The notes under the pieces: generated by a model
Seen by the model: the letters and a program-made list of their open reading frames with translations, nothing else
The model's database searches: none
What the model was told of the DNA's origin: nothing
Shown: positions 58,462-64,000 of the stretch, piece by piece
Numbering within the stretch: position 1 is the first letter of the stretch
How the letters are laid out: each line of letters begins with the position of its first letter
Position numbers and translations under genes: made by a program
Assembly (NCBI GenBank): GCA_964395845.1
Contig: CAYNCG010000015.1
Span: 356-64,355, forward strand
Length of the DNA stretch: 64,000 nucleotides
Source of the DNA: an uncultured Isosphaeraceae bacterium
Lineage (GTDB): Bacteria; Planctomycetota; Phycisphaerae; Phycisphaerales; SM1A02
Direction: 5' to 3'

Positions 58462-59049
58462 TCAGGACGGAGCGAGCGCCGCCGCCATCGCTTCAACGAG
58501 TTGATCGGGCTCGGGAAGTCGCCCCGCGCCAACCGTGCGGCACGCCTGCCAGCCGGAGCCGGGGGCGAGAACTCGGAATCCATCGGCCTCGGCCTGTCGG
58601 AGGTTCCGCTGCGTCGCGGGCTGCTGCCACATGACCTCGTTCATGCTGGGGGCGAGGAGCACCGGGGCGCGTCCCCGATCGATCGACGCCGCGAGAAGGG
58701 TCACCGGATCATCCGCGTGCCCTGCCACCAGCCGCGCGAGCAGGTCCATGGTGCACGGGGCGATGAGCAGAAGCTCGATCGAGCGCGCGAGCCGAATGTG
58801 CTGCGGATCGCTTCGGTCCGCCTGCTCCCACACGCTCGTGTGGACGGGGCGGCCGGCAAGCGCCTCAAAGGTGAGCGGGGTGATGAAGCGCTGCCCCGCC
58901 TCGGTCATGAGGACATGCGTCTCACAGCCAGCTTGGGCGAGCGTGCTGACGACCGACGCCATCTTGTACGCAGCGATGCCACCGCCGACACCGACCGCAA
59001 CGCGGCGGCCGTGCAACCGAGCAAGTGCCGCTGGATCGCCGGAGTACAT
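58462..59049 (-). CDS. coaC: Phosphopantothenoylcysteine decarboxylase-type flavoprotein
   Basis: 195 aa with GVGGGIAAYK and APSMN motifs of the flavoprotein (CoaC/Dfp N-terminal) family. The rest of the 534-aa track ORF is non-coding-like. Confidence 0.7.
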   Translation of the reverse strand: MYSGDPAALARLHGRRVAVGVGGGIAAYKMASVVSTLAQAGCETHVLMTEAGQRFITPLTFEALAGRPVHTSVWEQADRSDPQHIRLARSIELLLIAPCTMDLLARLVAGHADDPVTLLAASIDRGRAPVLLAPSMNEVMWQQPATQRNLRQAEADGFRVLAPGSGWQACRTVGAGRLPEPDQLVEAMAAALAPS

Positions 59050-59147
59050 GACCGGGGGAGAGGCGCCCGGGGGAGCAGCGCCCGAGGAGAGGCTTGCACG
59101 CGACCGCGGAGCCGCTGGGCGTGGGCCTGGACCGACTCGCTCGTCGC

Positions 59148-59393
59148 TCAGCGTCGGCTTGGGACGAGCTCTTCCGAGCCGGGGCTCGGGATCTTGCTCG
59201 CCTCGAAGTCGATCGTGATCTTGTCCTGCATGATCTCTTCGATCACGACCTCGAAGTCGCTGCGGCCGTTCCGCTCGACGAGCGGACGGGCGCCGTCGAT
59301 GATCTCGGCGAGGCGGCGCTGAATCAGGGCGGTCAGCTTGAAGCGTCCGCCGAGCTTGTTCACGATGTCGTCGCTCTTGAGATGGTCGATCAT
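59148..59393 (-). CDS. rpoZ: DNA-directed RNA polymerase subunit omega-like
   Basis: 81 aa whose N-terminal segment (NKLGGRFKLTALIQRRLAEI) resembles RpoZ. It lies next to coaC, as in many genomes. Confidence 0.6.
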   Translation of the reverse strand: MIDHLKSDDIVNKLGGRFKLTALIQRRLAEIIDGARPLVERNGRSDFEVVIEEIMQDKITIDFEASKIPSPGSEELVPSRR

Positions 59394-59467
59394 GGATGGT
59401 GGGGACTCTCCCGCCGGCACGCAGGCGATGATGCGCAGGCGAAGCGGCGTGAGCGGTCGGGTGTCGA

Positions 59468-61474
59468 GTGAGGAGATCGCGGGGACGCCGACGGCCAAGC
59501 GGCCTCGGCAAAAGGAGCGATGATACCCGGACGAGCCCCTTCCGGCCATCCTCCCATCGATTCCCCGTGCCCGACGCCCCCCCGCCATCCACTCCAGCGA
59601 ACGACCGATCCCCGCCGATCGGCTCCCTCGCCGGCTTCGGGGAGGACCGGACGGCCACGGGGCCGCACACCGCCGGCGTGGCGACCGCGTGGCCCCAGCT
59701 TCTGTTCTCGGCCCTCTTCGGGGTCTTCATGGGTGTCGCCGCCCTCGGCTTCATCCTCCCGATCCACTCGGCGGAGGGCCGCGCCGAGGGGTGGGCCCGC
59801 GACCACCCCCAGCTCCTCCTCTGGGCGACGCTGATCGTTCCCGCCCTGGGCGGGCTGGCCTGTGCGACGGTGCAGCGGCTCCTTCCGGTCGACCTCCGCG
59901 GCCACGGCGTCTCGATGGTCCTCTTCGCCGTCGCCCGGCTCCAGTCGCGGCTGCCATTCCGCCTCGCCGTACGGCAGTGGCTCACGGCGAGCGCCACGAT
60001 TCTCACCGGCGGTTCGGCCGGACCGGAGGGACCGATCGTCACCATCGGCGGGGCCCTCGGTTCCACCGCCGGGCGACTCTCCCATCAGGATCGGGCGATG
60101 ACGACGACGCTCGTCGGTGCCGGCGCGGCCGCTGGGATCGCCGCCGTCTTCAACGCCCCGATCGCCGGCGTCTTCTTCGCCCTCGAGGTCCTCCTCCGCG
60201 ACTTCTCGCTCCGCACCCTCGCTCCGATCGTCGTCGCCAGCGTGCTCGCGAGCGCCACGACGCAGACGCTCATCGGCAGCCGCCAACCGCTCTTCGGCGT
60301 GAATCCGACCGTGCTCGATTCGATGCGCGAGATCCTGACCATCAGGGCCAGCCCCGCCTTCGTCGTCCTGGGCATCGCCTGTGCGATCGTCGGGGTCCTC
60401 TTCGTCCGCGCGCTCGGCGCGACGGAACGCTTCGCGGCCTCGCTGCGCATGCCGCGCATCCTGAAGCCTGCCCTCGGCGGCCTCTGCCTGGGCGCGCTTG
60501 GGGCCGGCGCGATCGCGATCTCGATGCGCGACGGCGACGCGTCGCTTCCCGTCTTCATGGGCAACGGCTATGGGCTCGTCGATCGGCTGGTGAATCCAGC
60601 GGCGTTCGAGAGCGCGGAAGGCGGGAGCTTCGCGCTCGTGCTGCTCCTCTGGCTCATCCTCAAGATGCTCGCGACCTGCCTGACGCTCGGCTTCGGCGGA
60701 AGCGGCGGGCTCTTCGCGCCGGGACTCCTCATCGGCGCCCTGACCGGCGGCATCGTCGGCGTAGGCGTCGAGGCGACGGGGCTCCTGCCGCAGGCGACGC
60801 CCGCCCACTTCGCGCTGGTCGGCATGGCCGGCGCCGTCGCCGCGATGATGCATGCGCCGCTCTCGGGCATCCTCCTCGTCTACGAGCTGACCCAGGACTA
60901 CAGCCTCATCCTGCCGCTCATGCTGACCGCGACGATCGCGACCCTCGTCGCCCGCTCGCTCGAGCGGGAGAGCGTCTACACCGCGGAGCTCGCAGCCCAA
61001 GGGATCCGGCTCGGCCGCCGCGGCGACGCGTCGCTGCTCAAGCGGCTCACCGTGCGCGATGTCACGCTCGCCCCGGCGGTCGCGCTGCATCCGTCGGACA
61101 CGGGCGATCGCCTCGTCGCCCTGAGCGAGCGACTGCACACCGAGGAGTTCGTCGTCACCGACGAAAGCGAGCGCTACATCGGGATGATCGGCGGCGCGGA
61201 GCTGCGGGCGGCTCTCGTCTATCGCGAAGCGCTCCCGCTCATGCAGGTCAGTGAGATCATGCGGACCGACGCGCCGACCATCACCCTCGCCGAGACCCTC
61301 GATGTCGCGCTCGAGCGGATGACGGATGCCCCGAGCGGATCGGCGGGCGCGGAACGGTCACGGCCCGGCGTCGGCGCGATCGCCGTGCTCGACGCCCGCG
61401 GTCGCGTCGAGGGACTCCTCACCCGCGAGCGGCTTCTCCGCCGCTACCACGACGAGCTGGAGCGCGACGGATGA
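59468..61474 (+). CDS. ClC-family chloride channel/antiporter with C-terminal CBS pair
   Basis: Selectivity-filter motifs GSAGPEGP and GGLFAPG. Multi-TM core. C-terminal CBS-like segments. The start codon is uncertain. Confidence 0.8.
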   Translation: MRRSRGRRRPSGLGKRSDDTRTSPFRPSSHRFPVPDAPPPSTPANDRSPPIGSLAGFGEDRTATGPHTAGVATAWPQLLFSALFGVFMGVAALGFILPIHSAEGRAEGWARDHPQLLLWATLIVPALGGLACATVQRLLPVDLRGHGVSMVLFAVARLQSRLPFRLAVRQWLTASATILTGGSAGPEGPIVTIGGALGSTAGRLSHQDRAMTTTLVGAGAAAGIAAVFNAPIAGVFFALEVLLRDFSLRTLAPIVVASVLASATTQTLIGSRQPLFGVNPTVLDSMREILTIRASPAFVVLGIACAIVGVLFVRALGATERFAASLRMPRILKPALGGLCLGALGAGAIAISMRDGDASLPVFMGNGYGLVDRLVNPAAFESAEGGSFALVLLLWLILKMLATCLTLGFGGSGGLFAPGLLIGALTGGIVGVGVEATGLLPQATPAHFALVGMAGAVAAMMHAPLSGILLVYELTQDYSLILPLMLTATIATLVARSLERESVYTAELAAQGIRLGRRGDASLLKRLTVRDVTLAPAVALHPSDTGDRLVALSERLHTEEFVVTDESERYIGMIGGAELRAALVYREALPLMQVSEIMRTDAPTITLAETLDVALERMTDAPSGSAGAERSRPGVGAIAVLDARGRVEGLLTRERLLRRYHDELERDG

Positions 61475-61932
61475 CCGAGTCGCCCCTCCCCAACTCCCCG
61501 CGCTCGCGCCGTTTCGGTCAGCGCTTCCGTCTGCGCCACGCCCGCGAGTTCGACGCCGTCTACGCCGCGAAGGGTCGCATCGAGCGCTTCCCGCTCATCG
61601 TCCAGACGATGCCGTCGGCAACCGGCGACGCCCGGCTCGGTCTCGCCATCGGGCGACGCTTCGGCCCGGCGGTCCGGCGGAATCGGATGAAGCGCCTGCT
61701 GCGCGAGAGCTTCCGCCTCGCCCGCGAGCGCTTTCCGGCGGCGTACGATGTCGTCATCGGATGTCGTCCGCATCGCGAGCTGCCTTTCGCCCGCTACGGG
61801 GAGCTGCTCGAAGAGGCGATCGCAGCCGCCCATCTCCTGTGGACCAAGCGACACCGCCAGCCTCCGACCGCACCCCGGCCGCCCCAGCCGCCGTGCGATC
61901 CGCCTCACCCTCCCCCGCCGCCCGCCTCCTGA
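61471..61932 (+). CDS. rnpA: Ribonuclease P protein component
   Basis: RNR-type motif AVRRNRMKRLLRE with the typical upstream FRLR..EF segment. The C-terminal tail is Pro-rich. Confidence 0.8.
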   Translation: MTESPLPNSPRSRRFGQRFRLRHAREFDAVYAAKGRIERFPLIVQTMPSATGDARLGLAIGRRFGPAVRRNRMKRLLRESFRLARERFPAAYDVVIGCRPHRELPFARYGELLEEAIAAAHLLWTKRHRQPPTAPRPPQPPCDPPHPPPPPAS

Positions 61933-62150
61933 TCCTGGGCGTGCGCTGCTATCAGGTGATCCTCGGCCCGCTCCTCGGCGGCCACTGCCGCTTCAGCCCC
62001 TCCTGCAGCGTCTACGCGATCGAGGCCCTGCGCACGCATGGCGCGCTCCGTGGCGGACGCCTGACCCTGCGACGCCTCAGCCGCTGCCACCCGTGGGGAT
62101 CCGCCTGTGGCCATGATCCGGTACCGCCGCGTGGAGACCAAGAGCGGTAG
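61893..62150 (+). CDS. yidD: Membrane protein insertion efficiency factor YidD
   Basis: YQVILGPLLGGHCRFSPSCSVYAIEAL..HG...G..L...RLSRCHPW signature. No in-frame ATG is present, so a GTG at 61893 is proposed. It overlaps the rnpA 3' end. Confidence 0.7.
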   Translation: MRSASPSPAARLLILGVRCYQVILGPLLGGHCRFSPSCSVYAIEALRTHGALRGGRLTLRRLSRCHPWGSACGHDPVPPRGDQER

Positions 62151-62160
62151 CATCCGCCGC

Positions 62161-63486
62161 ATGTCGAGAGCCGGGCTTCAGACCACGCTCGTCGTAGTCG
62201 CACTCATCGCGGGGATCGTGACCGGCCAGGTGCTGCACGCGAGCGGCGGTCCCGTCTCGCGATGGTGGGGCGAGATCGGGGAGTTGCTCCTCCTCCGCCC
62301 CCTGCTTCTGGTGACGATCCCGATCGTCTTCGTGAGCGTCTGCCTCGGCGTGGCGTCGATCGGCGATGTCCGAAGCCTCGGCCGCCTCGGCACCGCCACG
62401 GTCGGCTTCTACGGCCTCACGATGGCGATTGCGGCGGTGCTCGGCGCGACGATGATCACGCTCGCGTCACCGGGCTCGCATGCGACCGAGGAGCAGCGGG
62501 CGGTGCTCCGCGCTGACGGCGACCGCGAGTTCGCGGCCGACGAGACCCGCCGGAGCCGCATCGAACAGGCCGAGGGACTCGGACTCGCCGGTGCGGCGAT
62601 GAACATCCTGAAGCAAGCCCTGCCGCGCAACCTGCTCAAGGAAGCGAGCGAGGGCAACACCCTTGCGGTGATCGTCGCGGCGATCGCCTTGGGTCTCGCC
62701 CTCGGACTCGGCGGCGCATCCACGCGCCCCGCGGTCGCGTGCCTCGACGCGCTCGCGCACGCCCTCCACACGATCGTTCATTGGATCCTCTGGCTCCTGC
62801 CTCCGGGCGTCTTCTTCTTCACGACCGCGAGCGTCGCGAAGATCGGTCTCGAGAACATCGCGACGCCGATCCTCGGCTACATGGCGATCGTCTTCGTCGG
62901 CCTCTGCATCCAGGGGCTCATCGTCCTCCCGGCGCTGCAGGGGCTCTTTGGCGGCGGCAATGGCTGGCGCTTCGCGTGGAGCCTGAGACGGGTCTGGCTC
63001 ACCGCGTTCGCAACCAGCAGCTCGAACGCGACGCTGCCGGTCACGATCGAGGAATGCCAGGCGAACGGCGTCTCGCGACGGGCGACGGCGTTCGTCATTC
63101 CGCTCGGCGCGACCGTGAACATGAACGGCACCGCGCTCTACGAGGCCGTCGCGGTCCTCTTCCTGTTCCAGCTCTTCGGCATCGACCTCACCTTCACCGA
63201 GATCGCGATCGTGACCGTCGCCGCCGTGCTCGCCGCGGTCGGCGCCGCTGGAATTCCCTCGGCCGGACTGGTCACGATGGTGATCGTGGTCAGTGCGGCA
63301 AATGCCTCCCTCGCGGACCGCGGCGTCGAGACGCTTCCGCTCTCGGCGGTGGGCATCATCATCGGCATCGACCGAGTGCTCGATATGTGCCGAACGGTGC
63401 TGAATGTCTGGGGTGATTGCGTCGCGGCGAAGGTGGTCACCCGCTTCGCGCCGGACACCGACGCTGCGGGCAGTCCGGTGCACTGA
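62161..63486 (+). CDS. Dicarboxylate/amino acid:cation symporter (DAACS/SDF family)
   Basis: Multi-TM protein with SSSNATLP and GATVNMNGTALYEAV motifs. The start was set at the ATG after the yidD stop. Confidence 0.8.
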   Translation: MSRAGLQTTLVVVALIAGIVTGQVLHASGGPVSRWWGEIGELLLLRPLLLVTIPIVFVSVCLGVASIGDVRSLGRLGTATVGFYGLTMAIAAVLGATMITLASPGSHATEEQRAVLRADGDREFAADETRRSRIEQAEGLGLAGAAMNILKQALPRNLLKEASEGNTLAVIVAAIALGLALGLGGASTRPAVACLDALAHALHTIVHWILWLLPPGVFFFTTASVAKIGLENIATPILGYMAIVFVGLCIQGLIVLPALQGLFGGGNGWRFAWSLRRVWLTAFATSSSNATLPVTIEECQANGVSRRATAFVIPLGATVNMNGTALYEAVAVLFLFQLFGIDLTFTEIAIVTVAAVLAAVGAAGIPSAGLVTMVIVVSAANASLADRGVETLPLSAVGIIIGIDRVLDMCRTVLNVWGDCVAAKVVTRFAPDTDAAGSPVH

Positions 63487-63680
63487 CGAGCGCCGGCCGC
63501 GTGAAACCCGCCGAAATCGCCATGTGAACGAATCGAGAATATCGGGCATTCATCGTTGACATGCCTCGCTCCGGGCGCGAGACTGACGGGGTTGGAGAGC
63601 TCGCGGGGGGGTCGCGGTTCGTGCGGGCGGACCGGACTGACGCGCAGATTCTTGACGCGATTCGTTCCTTGGAGACACAC

Positions 63681-64000
63681 ATGCCTCGACCCATGCCGGC
63701 GCTCGTGGCCGTCAGCATCGCCAGCGCTCTTACGAGCCTTGTCGCCGCTGATGGCTGGGTGAATTTCGTGAATGAGACCTCGACCCGCCTCGTTGCGGCG
63801 CCGGGCCTCGGATCAGCCGACCCCGAAGAGAAGGACTTCGCGTACAGCGATCTCGACAAGGACGGCGACATCGACCTGATCGTCGTCCGCAAGCAGCCCT
63901 TCACCGTGCCGAACGGCAAGCGGAATGTGCTCTTCATGAACGAGGGCGGCGTCCTCGTTGATCGCACCACTTCGTACGCCACTGCGGCGACCGACGGCGG
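63681..64000 (+). CDS. Secreted FG-GAP/VCBS-like repeat protein, N-terminal fragment (open at window end)
   Basis: My own translation. The ATG is preceded by GGAG. Signal peptide (MPRPMPALVAVSIASALTSLVAA), then YSDLDKDGDIDLIVV and LFMNEGG. There is no stop before the window end, and the ORF is not in the track. Confidence 0.55.
   Translation, partial: MPRPMPALVAVSIASALTSLVAADGWVNFVNETSTRLVAAPGLGSADPEEKDFAYSDLDKDGDIDLIVVRKQPFTVPNGKRNVLFMNEGGVLVDRTTSYATAATDG

Noticed and set aside
58462-60066. 534-aa minus-strand ORF covering coaC, rpoZ and the ClC 5' end
   Set aside because: Only the last 195 aa match the flavoprotein family. The remainder is Arg/Pro-rich and overlaps rpoZ in another frame and the ClC gene antisense.

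Overview
High-GC bacterial chromosomal window. The gene content is reminiscent of Planctomycetota (Phycisphaerae-like), but that is inference only and cannot be proven from this sequence. The backbone is ordinary housekeeping: a class III PHA cluster (phaE-like fragment, phaC, an SDR, phaB), hemW, purA, uppS, a hybrid sensor kinase, a deoxyhypusine-synthase-like gene, a UbiA prenyltransferase plus GT-C-like membrane protein pair, a lone sdhB-like gene, an ABC permease, motAB, a 2-hydroxyacid dehydrogenase, a TPR-sulfotransferase, eno, uvrC, tRNA-Ser(CGA), coaC, rpoZ, a ClC channel, rnpA-yidD and a DAACS symporter. Many very long ORFs in the track are antisense or off-frame artefacts of the GC bias and were not called. 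The most interesting region is a visibly AT-richer island of about 10 kb (about 20.7-31.3 kb). It holds about 15 short, functionally unrelated ORFs, all on the minus strand. Most ORFs between 22.4 and 30.75 kb are followed by an imperfect palindrome of 60-129 bp. Five of these palindromes are one ~103 bp repeat family whose ends resemble integron attC R''/R' core sites. This looks like an integron-type gene-cassette array with no integrase in the window (CALIN-like). Its upstream end is occupied by two unusual non-coding tandem arrays (35 bp x8 and 23 bp x5-6). Cassette products include a RES-domain toxin, a VOC/glyoxalase protein, a DUF5063-like protein, an Imm50-like plus DUF3024 pair, a CPBP protease and several zinc-ribbon or membrane proteins. 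Other notable items: (1) a 998-aa secreted protein built from 17 cysteine-rich repeats, next to a metzincin/FG-GAP protein; (2) four secreted proteins sharing a C-terminal dockerin-like tandem module; (3) simple-sequence repeats placed as in contingency loci, namely (CT)14 inside a signal peptide and a C13 tract upstream of a peptidase gene; (4) a CACAGAGG-based inverted-repeat element family between convergent genes; (5) a small Cys-rich repeat lipoprotein.
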